From Lama glama (Eukaryota), in the NCBI GenBank assembly GCA_028534125.1, contig CM052816.1, forward strand, positions 83,144,001 through 83,207,896: 63,896 nucleotides of DNA, written 5' to 3'. The translations under genes were made by a program, and so were the position numbers. The notes below the pieces were generated by a model that saw nothing but the letters and a program-made list of their open reading frames with translations, had not been told where the DNA came from and did not search any database. Below are positions 27,142-40,334 of this stretch, in pieces. Numbering within the stretch: the stretch's first letter is position 1; the number at the start of each line of letters is the position of its first letter.

Positions 27142-30100
27142 TTCAAGAATAGTTTTGGCTATTCTTATTCTTTCCCTAAGTCCATATTAATTTTAGAATC
27201 AGCTTGTTGCAAAATCTGGTATCTACAAAAGAGTTTGCTAAAATTTGAATTTGGATTGCACAGTACCTATAGGTACACTTGCAAGAGTGAATATCTTAAT
27301 GGTATTGAGTCTTTCAACCCATGTACTTAGCTATTGATTTCTTGCATTAATGTTTTATAGCTGTCAACATTTAGATTCTGTACATATTTTGGTAGATTTA
27401 TACCTACCTGTTTGTATTCTATTTTTGGAGTGCTATTTTCAATGCATTGTTCTTGCTGTTTGTGTGTGTATGCTTGTGTATCTGTTGATAGACAAAATTT
27501 GCTGAGAGCACTTTTAGGTTCCTATCAAAATTGAGCACAAAATACACAGAGTTCCTGTTTCTCTGGCTTCACAGATGCACAGCCTTCTCCACTGTCAGCA
27601 TCCTGCACTAACAGTAGTACATTTATTACAGTCCACGAACCAACAGTGGCATATCAATGCAGGAAAGTTCATGGTGTTTACATTTGGATTCATTCTTGAT
27701 ATTGTACATTCTATACGTTTTGACAAATGTATAATGATGTATATCTACATGGTTTGTATCATACAGAATAGTTTCACTATCCTAAAATTCCTCTATGCTC
27801 TGCCTGTTCATCTCTCTCTATCTCTGAATCCCTGACAACCACTGATTTTACTGTCTCCATAGTTTTCCCTTTTCCAGAATATCATATACTTAGGTTCATA
27901 TAGTATGAAGCCTTTGCAAATTGTCTTTTTTTTTTACTTAGTAATACCCATTCCACATCTTTTCATGCTTAATAGATAGATAGCTCATTTATTTTCAATG
28001 CTGAATAATATTCAATTGTATAGACATACCATAGTTTGTTTATTCATTCACCTACAAAGAGCATTTTGGTTGCTTCCAAGTTTTGACAATTATGAATGAA
28101 ACTACTATAAACATTCATGTGTAGATTTTTGTATGAACTGAATTTTTCTTTCAAATTTCAATTGTATACTGCTGACATTTAAGAATATATTAGATTTTAT
28201 ATTGATTTGAATGTCATGATCTTATTCAACTCATTTTTTAATTGTAGAAAGGTCCTTATAGATTTGTTAATATTAAATTTTACTTTTTTTTTTGCCAATC
28301 CATCTGCATTGTGTTTTCTTTCCTTTGGCATTGGCTATCTCTATCTTTATCATGCTAAATAGGAGTAATAAGTAAGGACATTTTTATTCTGTTCCCGTTT
28401 GGAAAATGCAGTCTGTCTCTCACTAATATAAATAATGTCAATTGTGTGTTTATTTATGATCACCTTGGCCATAAATATGTCAATATCATTGGGCTTTTCA
28501 AATGATTACCTCTTGTTTTCATTGATTTTCCCTATTTTTCTGTTTGTCGTTTCACTGACTTCTGTTCTGTACTTCATTATTGCTTTACTTTTGCTTGCTT
28601 TATGTTTAATGTGTTTTTCTTTTTCAAGTTTTTTAGTAACAAAAGAAACTTTTTAAAAGATTTTAGATCTTTTTTCTAACATAAGAATTTAATGCTATAA
28701 ATTTTCTTCTAATCACTGCTTTACTTATATTACACAAATTTTGATATGTTGTATTTTTTTTACTTCAAAATATTTTAAATTTCCCTTTAGATTTCCTTTT
28801 TAATCTATGGGCTAGTTAGAATACCTTTTTTTAATCTTTAAATATTTAGGGATTTTCCAGATTTCTTTTTATTATTGTTTTCAAGTTAAATTGTGTTACA
28901 CTTTAAGAACATACATTGTATGGTTTACATTATTTCAAATGTGTTAAGTTTGAGTCATGGCATAGGATATGGCCTTTCTTAGAGAATGCTCCATGTGCAC
29001 TGGAGAAGAATGCATATTCTGTTGTTGGGTGGATTGTTATACAAATATCAATTGTAATAAGTTGGTCAGTAGTGTTTTGAAGGTCATCTACATCTGAACT
29101 GATATTCTACCTAGTTGGTCTTTCAATTACTGAAAGATGAGTGTTGACTTCTCCAGTTATAACTGTGGATTTATCTATTTCTCCTTTTGTAGTTACCTAT
29201 TTTTATCTCGTGTAATTTTAAGTTCTATTGTATATTACATACATTATTAGGATTGTTATGTTCTTGAAAATTGAGCATCATGCAAAGACTCTCTGTAACC
29301 CTGACAATATATCCATCTTTTTTCCCTAAGTTTTTTAATGGTTATCTTGGCTTTACAATATACATTTTGAGATAATCTGAATCCAACTTTAATAGTATTA
29401 TATGGTTTTGCTTATAATGTGAGAAACTTATAACATTATATTCCCATTAACCCCTCCTGTCCTTTGTGCTGTTATAGCCAAACCTTTCACTTTTTCACAT
29501 GCTGTAAACATAATACATTGTTCTAACTTTTGCTGCAAAAGTCAGCTTTCTCTTAGAGCCATTAAAATTAAAATACTAATTTTATCTTTGTTGATTTCAT
29601 TTCTAAAGCTCATCATCTCTTTGTAGAGATCCATGTTTTGACTAAATTTTACTCTTTCTGGCTAAATAACGTATCCCAATCTTCTCTGTGGACCATGAGA
29701 GAAAACCTGCAAGTTGCAACTTCCATATGTCTGCAGATCTCAGAGCCTTCACACTATTACACTGTCCAACACTTGGCCTTTAGCAATTTGTTAAACATTT
29801 CTTGCTTAATCATTTTTCTGGCTCAAATGGCATTCTACAGTATTTGGCCCAAAAAGCAAATCCTAAGATTTTGTTTCTCCCAACAAACTCATGTCTCTCT
29901 CCAGACTTAGGGTTAGTTGTTTGCCCCTGTGATGTCAGTTTTCTCATGGCTTCAAGAAAAGATAATTTGTTATTTGCCCAGAACTTTTTTTTTTTGTATA
30001 AGGGTGGGAACAACACTCATTCCAACTGTACATCTCTCATCTAAAACTAGAAGTTCAATAATTTGTAAGAAAACACATATATAGATGAAAAAAAAGCCAG

Positions 30101-32249
30101 TTCACTTTAAAGATAATATCTGTTTGTAAAATGTAGATTCACATATTGAGCCTTTCTACATTTCCTAATATAGAAAATTACCTATAATTATCATTACCAG
30201 AGAAATATTAAAATTATAGCATTATGAATATGTATATCAGATATTCAAGAAGAATTAGAATGGAGGTTTGCAGGGGAAAATAGTACATTTGTGAATAAGT
30301 AGTTAAAATATGATTATGTAGAAACTATAGATAAATATGTACTTGTTTCTAGCTCTTATGTCAAAAAATTATTAATATAAACACAAAAAGGGCATATTTT
30401 AACAATAATGTCTGCTTTATTTTTTTCTTTATTCCTGGCAGAAATTTGGGTTTCATTGACAGCTTATTTGAATTCTGTTTATATTGTGATCCCACAGTTC
30501 CACCTCTCATTTGTGGTATGAGTCTCAAGAAACCTCGAAACTCTTGGATTTTGTCAGTGGCTTCTCGGAATGATCTTAGGAGTAAAGTCACTTAGCTTCC
30601 CCTTCAATTTTCTTTTCTATCTACAAAAGGAGACTGACAATAACTTTTAGTGTCTTCCAAGTCTATCTTGATGACTGATGATGTAGCATTCTGTATTCTT
30701 TGGAGCAAGAGTGGTAGATAAAAGTGCACTGTGATAGAGTAAGATTATGCGTAAATTTAGAAACACAAACAAAATTGGAGAAGTGTAAATACATTTCTGT
30801 GTGAGTGCTTCAGCCTACTATTCACTCACTTTGATTTAACTCTGTAGACTGACTTTTATTTCTCTCACCTACGGCTATTACAGGTCTTAAGCACCACAGC
30901 TTGTCTCACGTTAAATAAACCTCAGAGGGGCTGCTTTTGCTGGTCTATCCACTGTCACAAACTGACTGAGCATTAAAACTCCCACCTGCTGTGGAACAGC
31001 ATGCTCCCAAGTCCAACTGCCAGGGTATAAAAACCTAGTGACACTGAATGTCACCAAGGGGAGCCTTTCTTCACCTAATTGCCTCCCAGAACTCTTGAGG
31101 AGGTCTGGGTTTAAACCTTCTTCAGAAAGACAAATAGAAAACTTGGCGTGTGTAATCGCCATTCAGTTAACTCTGTGCTCCTGAGGTTATACAGATAACT
31201 ATACCGTGATCTGTTTTACACTCTAATCGGATATGCATTTTAATTATTGCCTGTTGTGATACAGACTCTAAGAATATTTTGTGCTGTGCGAAACTCCACA
31301 ACCTTTTTAGTATCTAATATAGTTCTTGTCCTACTCTACAGCAACTGGGGAAGTTTCCAAGTAATTTTTTTCTGTAACAAATCAGGCAACTTGGGCCTAG
31401 AAAGTGAACAGAAGAGATGTGTAATGACAGTATCTGGTTATTTTATGTTTTATTTTGTTTATCTTTCTATTCAGTTTAGTTGGTAGGACTACATCACTTG
31501 CTAATTGTTGACATCTCATGGGGAATATAAGAATAAAGAAAAAACAATTCATGCAGTGTAAGGACAAGAAATGGGAAGTAAAACTAAAGTCTGATACCAA
31601 GGAAAAGTATAGAGGGAAAAAGCCATACAGTAAAATGATTTTTGTCTTAATGGAAGGAAAATGGTGCTATGAGATTATTTTAAACACAATGGTGTTTAAT
31701 TAATGTATATTTATAAATAGCTACAATTTATTGTAAGCCAGAATTCCTAATACCAGACATGAAAAACATTATATTTTCTTATGGGTCCTTTTAGGCAATA
31801 CTGATCATTTACTTTATCTGTAATATCACTTTTGGGGGTTAGAAAATAGCAAGAAAAGCAAATACCTTTCAAATAGATTTGAAAAGTGAATTTGTAAAAA
31901 TAAATTTAAATGAAAGTAATGAATTCACATATTTTTAAATAAAACATTAGTGATTCATTTTTGAAACGTAAAAGATCAGTCTTACGTGCACTGTCTCCAC
32001 CCTACGTTCGAACCTCTCTCCCCAGCAAAGACGCAGTATTTTAGTTGTTTCTTCTGATAGCACGTTTTAATTTTCCCTCTAGTATTATATGTCCCTTTTC
32101 AATATCTTTTGCTGCCTCCATCTCCCTTTCACAGCTTTTTGATGTTAGAAAGCTCTTGAGTTACCTTAACACGTCTGTGTTAAGATATCCTTGAAAAGTC
32201 CTATGTATGATCAGGGTTCCCTGGAGAAACAGAACCAATAGGACTTACA

Positions 32250-32681
32250 CAAGCAGACCTAGAGATATTGCAGGTTTGGGTCCAAACCACTGATGTAAAG
32301 TGAATATCACAATAACGCGAGTCACATAATTTTTTTTGTTTCCCAGTGCATTTAAAAATAATGTTTATGCTAAACTGTAGTCCATTAAGTGTGCAATAGC
32401 ATTATGTCTGAAAAACCAACGTGTATATGTTAAAAAATACAAAACAAAATCATTACAATAGTAACTCCAAAGATCAACAATTACAGATCACCATGACAAA
32501 TAGAGTGAAAAAGTTTAAAAAATTGCAAGAGTTACCAAAATGTGACACAGAGATATGAGGTGAGCAAATGCTAATGGAAAAATGGTGACAATAGACTTGG
32601 TCAGTGCAGGGTTTCCGCAAGCCTTCAATTTGTTAAAAAAAACGCAATATCCGTGAAGCAGAATAAAATGAGGTATGCCTG
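32250..32681 (+). mobile_element. Tigger1 internal-deletion derivative
   Basis: caagcagacctagagatattgcaggtt ... aaatgaggtatgcctg (Tigger1 TIRs), both Tigger1 ends joined with no transposase. Confidence 0.88.
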
Positions 32682-33082
32682 TGTGTAGATCTCTAAGAGG
32701 GGATGAATTGTAAGAACTGCCTCTCGTGATTATGGAGACCGAGTTCCCAGATCTGCTATCTGCAAGCTGTAGAAACAGGAAAGTCAGTGGTGTAATTCAG
32801 TCTGAGTTCAAAGACCTAAGAGGCAAGGGAAGCCTTGGTATAAGTCCTGGTCTGAAAATTATGGGGAGGGCCGAAAGCGTGAGTCCTGATCCAAGTTCAG
32901 AGACCCAAGAACCAGGAGTGCCATTGTGTGAGGGTAGAAGACAGATGTCTCAGCTGAAATGAAAGAGCCAGTTCTTCCTTACTTTGCCTTTTCGTTGTAT
33001 TCAGGCCCTCAACAGACTGAATGATGTCCACGGAATTAGCCAAGGTGATCTTCTTTAGTTAGCTGATTTAAAAGCTAATCAC

Positions 33083-33231
33083 GGAGAGGGTATAGCTCAG
33101 TGGCAGAGCATGCACAAGGTCCTGGGTTCAATCCCCAGTGCTACCATTAAATAAACAATAAATAAACAAACCTAATTAACCCCCATCAAAACAAGCAAAC
33201 AAACAAACAGAAATAAAACAAACAAACAAAC
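33083..33231 (+). mobile_element. Vic-1-like tRNA-derived SINE
   Basis: ggagagggtatagctcagtggcagagc...ggtcctgggttcaatccccagt; TSD aaaagctaatc (33070-33080) / aaaagctgatc (33232-33242). Confidence 0.88.
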
Positions 33232-34557
33232 AAAAGCTGATCTCCTCTGGAAACACCTTCACAGACGTGCTCAGAAATAATGTTTTACCAGCCATCTGGG
33301 TACCCTTTAGCCCAGTCAGGTTGACACGCTTAATTAACCATTCACACTCTGCCTTATAGCACCAAACTCTAGGTCATTTGTCTCGTGACAATGATTCCTT
33401 GATCTGGAAAAGGAGGTTCATGATAAACTGTAACCTGTCTTTCTAGGTAATGGTATTCCAAGGCCTTGGCCGTTTCTTTTCCACCTTTCAGTGTCCCAAT
33501 ATGCAATGTGAAGCTATTTGTGCATATTATCACTGTCAGTTATAATGGCACTAACAGAAGAAGTAGTCACTTAGCTTTGAGAAGCAAGAATCAGTTCATA
33601 CAAATTATGGTAGTAATTTTTAAATTTGATTTTTCTTCTTTTCCAATATCTGGAAATATATAATATTGATCTTGTTATTAAAGATTCAGCAAGATAAGAC
33701 TGAAAACTAACTTTTCTGATTGGTAGTATTTTTATTTCTATAGCATTACTTTTATAATTAAATATGTCTTAGAAATCTCAATGGTGTAGGACAGGTCTAA
33801 ATTTGAGGCACTCTGAAATGCTACTGCTGAACTTGTCTTGTGCTTATATATGAGATTATAAAATCTGAATCTGTATTGCACTGGCAGGAAGATAAATATT
33901 GCAGGCAAAAGACTTTGTCTACCATCTTCTTTTATCTGTTTAATGACCAAAGAGAATAAAAATGAAAGAAGCAGGAAAAGAAGCAAATGAAGGCCCTCTG
34001 GACTCATTCTATTAGATAAAGCAACTTAACAGGGAAGAAACTGATCACTTTAAGGTGAAGATGAACTTCTTGCAGCAAGTTTGATAAATTGTTATCATTC
34101 CAAGCAATTTGAGATAATGCAATCTCCATGTCTGAATGGTGTAATTACTAGATACATTGTGAGCTGTCAGGAAATTGAGAGATCAATCACCCAAAGACTT
34201 GGCTGGATCCACACATCTTTATTTGCACCTGGGGTAAAAATCACAACAATAAGAGCAACGAAGAATAAAAAAATAATATAAACGAAAAGAAGGGAGGTTA
34301 AGTAATGAATATAGATGCTCAGTTTCTGGCATGTAATCAGTAAAACACTCAAGTCCGTAAATGTGAACAAAAATCACTGTGAGGTTTATTTTTTTATAAT
34401 TCCATGACATAAAATCAGAATGTAAAAAATATACGAATGCTATTTTTGTAACTTAAAACACAAATTAGAGTCGAAAGTTTTTATAATGTTTGATGCAAAT
34501 TAATTTGGATTTTAACTTTTTTTAGCTTGGTAAGTTTCTTAATAGATAATGTCAGAT

Positions 34558-34713
34558 ATAAGGATCAAGAGAGAAGAACATGGAATTTATATCTAACATA
34601 CTGTTTTTATATTTCTAACGAGTAAGTAGATGAGGGTGCGGTATAAAGAATTTAGTCATCTCTGGGTATATAGACACTATATGAAAGAGTGCCGTGAGTC
34701 ACTATGATACTTG
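34558..34713. repeat. Source copy of a local inverted duplication (partner 38762-38917)
   Basis: Hand alignment: ~156 bp, ungapped, 12 mismatches (~92%) to the reverse complement of 38762-38917. Confidence 0.95.
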
Positions 34714-35314
34714 GTTTATACTTGTTAAACTAGAAAATGTACAAAATGCAATGTATTATTTGACTACCCAAAGATATCTTCTGTGTGTGCTAAATGAAAA
34801 ACAAAAGCAAAACAAAATAAAAAACCATCATCCATTACAAATGGGAACCCTAAATACTGCATTATGACTTTATTTCACATGCATGACTTTCTCTAATGGT
34901 TTAGGAAATTTTTAGAGGAAAGATATTATGCTCATAAAGAATCTGTTTCACTTGCTGAACAGACTCAATCTTCTCCTTTCATGGGGCAACCAAGTTTAAA
35001 TGTTTCATCAGCAATTCAATCTAATTCAACAAAAACTAAACTCATCATCGTCCTCCCAGTCGTCCTGATCCATCTTCATGCTTCCTGTTTTGTTTAATGG
35101 TATCATCACTCACCCAATCAACAATTTCAAGATCCTGAACTCTTCATTAATTTTCCTTCTCTCTCGTCTTGTCAGCAAATCCTATTGGTTTCATCTTGAT
35201 AAAGTATTTAACTTCCTTTTTCCATCAAAACAGCAGTGTCTGGGCCAATGTTAAAATGTGTTTATATTGTCACACCGTTTTCTACTAGAACAACTTATTT
35301 TAAAACACCCCTTT

Positions 35315-35499
35315 AGATAAACAAGATTACACTGTATAGCACAGGGAAATATACACAAAATGTTATGATAAATCACAGAAAAAAAAATGTGACAATGAGT
35401 GTGTATATGTCCATGAATGACTGAAAAATTGTGCTGAACACTGGAATTTGACACAACACTGTAAAATGATTATGAATCAATAAAAAATGTAAAAAAAAA
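35315..35499 (+). mobile_element. Young L1 3' end
   Basis: 14-bp TSD taaaacaccccttt (35301-35314, 35500-35513); near-identical to the copies at 40672 and 43378. Confidence 0.95.
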
Positions 35500-35899
35500 T
35501 AAAACACCCCTTTTTCTAATCTACCCTTAACAATGCTGCCTCAGCAAAATTTTTCTATTTCATCTTTAAATATGACTATATTAGTTAAGGTTGAAATTCA
35601 GTGTATGTCATAGAACCCTATAATAACATTTTTTAATGGGTAGAGAAGTTGCTTTTTCTCCTATAATGGGCTGTGTGATGACTTTCCTCGGTTATCTGTG
35701 GATCCCGGCTCCTCCTGTCTTCTTTCTCCACTCTCCCTCACGTTATCCAAGATGACTTGCTACTGTGAACATGATGCAAGGAGGATGGAGGGAGGGGTTA
35801 AAGGGCAAAGACAAGCATTGCAGACATCACTTTACTTTATATCCTATTAGTTAAATCTTAGTTATATGGATATGCTTAGATTCATAGATCACTGGGTCG

Positions 35900-36380
35900 T
35901 TGTACCAGCCTTAAGAATGCACCACTTGAATTTCCCTTTAAGAGAGAAATGTAGTTAGCTGATGCTTCTCACTTGCCCAGGCATTTGGGAACCACCGCAG
36001 TGTTCAAACTAAGGCCAGGCTCTGCCTGGGCTGTTTGGAGCTAATGACTTAGCAATGAGGGCCTCCTGGAGCCTCCTGGAGCCTGGCATTCCTGCCCAAC
36101 ATAGCACTTCTCTAAGAGACAGCCTTTGATCTGGGGCTTTCTGTCACCCTGGGTAGTTATTTCTCAGAGCTGCACTTCAATCCGAAGCTTTTCCTACTCA
36201 ATCCTTCTTCCTTCTCTCTCTCTCAGTTCATAAATGTCAAACCTAAATCTCCATCTCAAGGCTGTCTGCCTACTCAGGTTCCCTCTCCCCTTTATCACAC
36301 ACAGGCACTTCCCCCAACAAATCTTTTGCACAGAAACTGCATCTTGTTATCTGCTTTTTAGAGAATCAGAATTAGCCAGC
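35900..36380 (+). mobile_element. LTR16A-like ERVL solo LTR
   Basis: ttctcagagctgcac...gaagcttttcctactcaatccttcttcc...ccctctcccctttatc...caaatcttttgcac. Confidence 0.78.
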
Positions 36381-36851
36381 AATAACCAAACTGAAATCAG
36401 GAGTTCTAGTACTATGATAACGAAGGGGAGACCAATAATGGGGGGCCGTCAGCTGTCTCTGCTGTAAGTAACAAGTCTTCACTAGCTTTCTAGATCCTAC
36501 GATAAAGTTTTTTATTCAATAGCTTCAAATGGAATACTAATTGTCAAGCAGAAGTAGAGTTAATGTTTAAGAAAAATTATTCTCACTAAAGCTCTATAAA
36601 TATTAGCACATAAACAGCTCTACTTTGGGGAAACCTCTTGGATATGTGTGACACAAAATAAAGTACTCTTTAAGTGAATAGATTCTCATATTAAATAAGC
36701 ATCAATTCAGCTGTCAGATCTGCACTTGAACAAGTTACTAAATTTCCCTAAGACTCTAGTTTTTGATCCATTAAAAGTGGGTTTGAATAGTTCTCCTCCA
36801 TAAAGATTATTATAAAATATAGTGAAATCATGAAGGATGTAAAAGGCTTAG

Positions 36852-36985
36852 CAGATTTCCTAACATAGAGGAAGAATTTCCTCCTCCTCACCACTGGCTA
36901 TTGCTGTTGTATTATTCTTGCTGATGTTGCTGTTGCTGCTGCTGTTGTTGTTGTTATTTTCTGCAGCATCCTGAGCTATTTCTTT
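36852..36985. repeat. Source copy of a local direct duplication (partner 41049-41167): MIR tail, (TTG)n and unique flank
   Basis: 42 identical bp at 36944-36985 and 41126-41167, plus upstream similarity cagatttcctaacatagaggaagaatttc vs cagattgcctaacacaaaggaagaatttc. Confidence 0.92.
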
Positions 36986-37914
36986 TTTTTTTCTATGAGA
37001 AAAATCAGTTTTTAATACTCAGTGAATGAAAATTTGAAAACTGAGAAGTGTCTATTTTCATACAAGGTTGACTTTGTCTAGGCACTAACATCAAGCAAGC
37101 CATTAAAAAAAAATACATTTTCTGCCCATAGTTTATACTGAAGCCTGAGCAGGAGTTGAAAAACAAAATCTAAATGGACAATAGTTCCACTGGAGGATTT
37201 TTTCTGAGCTCATCAGGTATTCATTCATCCATAATAATTCATTCCGCCAACATTCTTAAGTATCCAGCCCTTAATTAAGGTGACAGTCCCTGTTGCTGAT
37301 TCCTCTATGACTCTGAGATGGAAAGTGGAGGCTCTCAGGGAAGTAATGTCTATTTTCATTGCTATAGTGCTGAAGAGTAGAGCTGTTGCATGGCTGGCCT
37401 GAGGTCACAATTGTCGCTGAGCAGATACTAGGTCTCTTGATAAATGGGTTCAGTGAATCATTTATATGTAGCTTCTTTCTAATGTGAATCACAAATGAAT
37501 GTGATATTCTGCCTTCTTTCTGAAGACTGCTGCTAGATTCTAGGAAACTCAAAATGAGAAAATTATAGAAAACCACTCTATCGAAGCTCCAGACGTTCAC
37601 ATCTAATTGTTGATAATGTTTTTCTTTGCCAAGTGACATATATCACTTCAAGAATGTATGACCCTCAAACCAAGAAAACAAAGTCTTCCTTTTATTTCAT
37701 GAAAAAATTATAGCCTGGAAAATAGGGGTGTTTTTGTTCTTGTGAACGGTTCTACTTAATATTTTTGAGTTTGTGGCATTATTGATTTGCCCATGAGTGA
37801 CTTAAATGTAAGCATTTTTAGCTTAAATATTTTAACTTTGGAAATGGGCATCACATGACATAAGCTCACACCAAGACTCCCAAAGCTGACTTAATTCATG
37901 AAAGTGGCTATAGA

Positions 37915-38010
37915 ACAAGAGCTGGCAAACTATAGCCATGGGCCAAATCAAGCCTGTTGCTTGTTCTCTTCCAGCTTACAAGCTAAGAATGGTTTTTACT
38001 TTTAAAAAGT
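37915..38010 (+). mobile_element. MER58B-like hAT-Charlie fragment
   Basis: ggcaaactatagccatgggccaaatcaagcctg...agctaagaatggtttttac. Confidence 0.7.
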
Positions 38011-38256
38011 GAGCAGGACATTCATTAAGGATTGCTGTTGGACTGCCAAAGAAATGAGAAGGACTGGGCAGAGGGACAAATTAAACTGTAGTGTCATCCT
38101 CTGCTGACCCCCTTGGGGAGCTCTGGAGTTGGGATGGCCTTTCGGAGTTGTCTTGGGTAGGGGTGAGCTGCTGTGAATGTGAGCTGACCCTGAACAAGGT
38201 ATAACTCGGAGCAGGGCAGCTTTCTTAGCTAAGGCAATCCTCCAAGAATGATGATA

Positions 38257-38406
38257 ATTTATTTTTATTTTATTCTAAAAGTTTTTGGGTGGGGAGGAGG
38301 AAATTAGGTTTTTTAATTTATTTATTTTAAATGGAGGTACTGGGGATTGAGCCCAGGACCTTGTGCATACTAGGCACACACTCTACCACTGAGCTATAAC
38401 CTCCCC
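38257..38406 (-). mobile_element. Vic-1-like SINE within an old LTR-like element
   Basis: ggaggtactggggattgagcccaggaccttgtgcatactaggcacacactctaccactgagctataacctcccc with T-rich tail at left. Confidence 0.88.
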
Positions 38407-38755
38407 ACTGATGGGTAATTGAAGATCATCTTCTGTCTGCCCTCTCAGCAGCTGGGGAACAGGTTCTTCTCTCCTGAGGAGGCTCCAGACTTGTCTAGGG
38501 CCTTCCTTAAGAGCCAACCCACCACACTTCTGGTGCCTTTTTTCTAGCTCTGCCTTGTAGCTCCTTAGTTTCATGACATGGGGCAGCACAGAAAGAAAAG
38601 CCTAAGGAAGAAAACATCTAAGATGAGAAGGTAAGAACATTCTTGAGAACTAGGGCTGAATCTTAGCCAGATCCTTTCTGGAGCTAGAATACCCAGGCCT
38701 GCTCAGGTTAGGGGCCTCCCGAGAGAGAAAAGTGCTGCAATGAAAAGTGATTGTC

Positions 38756-39112
38756 CACGTACAAATATCGTAGTGACTCACGGCACTCTTTCGTATAGTG
38801 TCTATATATCCAGAGATGACTAAATTCTTTATACCTCACCCTCATCTACTTACCCGTTAGAAATATTAAAACAATATGTTAGACATAAATTTCACGTTCT
38901 TCTCTCTAGATCCTTATTTACAAAAGAGAAACAGACTAACAGACATAGAAAACAAACTTATGGTTACTAGGGGGGAAAAGGGGGAGGGAAGGACAAATTG
39001 GGAGTTTGGGATTGGCAGATACAAACTACTATGTACAGAATAGATAAACAACAAGGTTGTACTGTATAGCACAGGGAACTATATTCAGTGGCTTGTAACT
39101 TGCAATGAAAAA

Positions 39113-39146
<34 letters not shown>

Positions 39147-39213
39147 CTGAATCACTATGCCGTACACCTGAAACTAATACAATATTGTAAATCAACGATA
39201 CTTCAATTGGAAA
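38756..39213 (+). mobile_element. Chimeric insertion: inverted local copy (38762-38917) fused to an L1 3' end (38913-39213)
   Basis: The whole unit is bounded by a 13-bp TSD aaaagtgattgtc (38743-38755, 39214-39226). Confidence 0.92.
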
Positions 39214-39877
39214 AAAAGTGATTGTCTCAAGAATGGAAGAGTCAAAAAGAGAACAGACCGTCAGAGGGCACTATGTAGGGTTTCGTATGCTTCCCCAATC
39301 ATGTTAAGTATCGCACCCTCTGCAGAGGGGCTCTGTTAATGGCTGACGCTGTGACTCACTGGGGAAAATAATATAGTAGCAAGAAAGGGAAAGCCTGGAG
39401 CTTCCTTTTAAAGCTGACCACTATTTCCTCTCTGTTAATACTAAATCTCTTTGATTAATCCTATGACTTCTACCCTAAATCTCTCCTGCTAATTTAAGAA
39501 TCTTTTCTCATTTGTTGGCAACTTTTTCCTCTCCTGCATAGCTCACTTCAGAGTTCTTCTCATCTGGTAAGTAAGTGGTCAAGATCAAGGTTACTTTCAC
39601 ACTAATCCTGGACTGCCTGACTAACTGGCATCCTCTCCTTGCCTCTTAGAGATTGTGCTGTAAGTTTATAAAGGTTGAGCCAACTATGAGGTAGCTGTGT
39701 TATCTCACCTTCAGGGATTGTGCATTGTGTAGAATAAGCTGTCAGTACACCAATACAGCAAATGTGATTCAGAGAGAGATGAATGACTTACTGACATCTC
39801 ATGAATAGAATGATCCATAGAAGTGGACCAGAGGTCTTGGTTCTAAACATTCTTCAACGAGACCGGTTGTATGTTGG

Positions 39878-39926
39878 GTTGTTGTTGTTATTGTTATTAT
39901 TATTGTTGTTGTTGTTGTTATTATTA
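39878..39926. repeat. (TTG/TTA)n microsatellite
   Basis: Directly visible; source of the poly-Leu in ORF 39801..39986. Confidence 0.9.
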
Positions 39927-40334
39927 CTGATTTCTTTTATTCTTTTATCTTTTAAAAGTCTAGAGCATCCCCTTACTGGAACATAGACATCAACATCAAT
40001 TTTATCTAGAAGAATTGTACTAGTGCCTATGTTTCTAGTTATTATTTAGAATTTAAAATCTAACTTTCTTACAGTAGTTTATGGTCAATCTAGATCTGTA
40101 GGAGACATTATTATATAGGGATGGAGAACGAAATACAATAGAGTGTTGATTTGAAGTTTGAGGTTGTTTATTCTTATGGCTTCTCTGTAAAGGAAATTAC
40201 TCCTCTTTTTTTTTTCCCCAACAGCTCAAGCATTTAATTTAATTTTTTTTATTAAATGCAAGATATTTTAAATCCTGTAGTGCTTTAAAGTTTTCATGAG
40301 TTTCACATGCATCATTTCATATAATCCCATAATT

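Larger units (their letters stand above)
23300..30055 (-). mobile_element. Cluster of ancient L1MC/L1MD/L1ME fragments, mostly minus strand, with nested younger elements
   Basis: L1MC-like 3' end at 23320 (ttagatttacagaagagttg), ORF2-like minus tracts at 25680-29300, L1M 5'-like end near 29900-30055. Confidence 0.7.
32204..33346 (-). mobile_element. MLT2-like ERVL solo LTR carrying nested Tigger1 and SINE insertions
   Basis: cagggttccctggagaaacagaaccaatagga at left and cccagtcaggttgacac...aattaaccattcaca at right. Confidence 0.85.

Noticed and set aside
36061..36084. 10-bp tandem duplication gcctcctgga
   Set aside because: Ordinary slippage inside an LTR.
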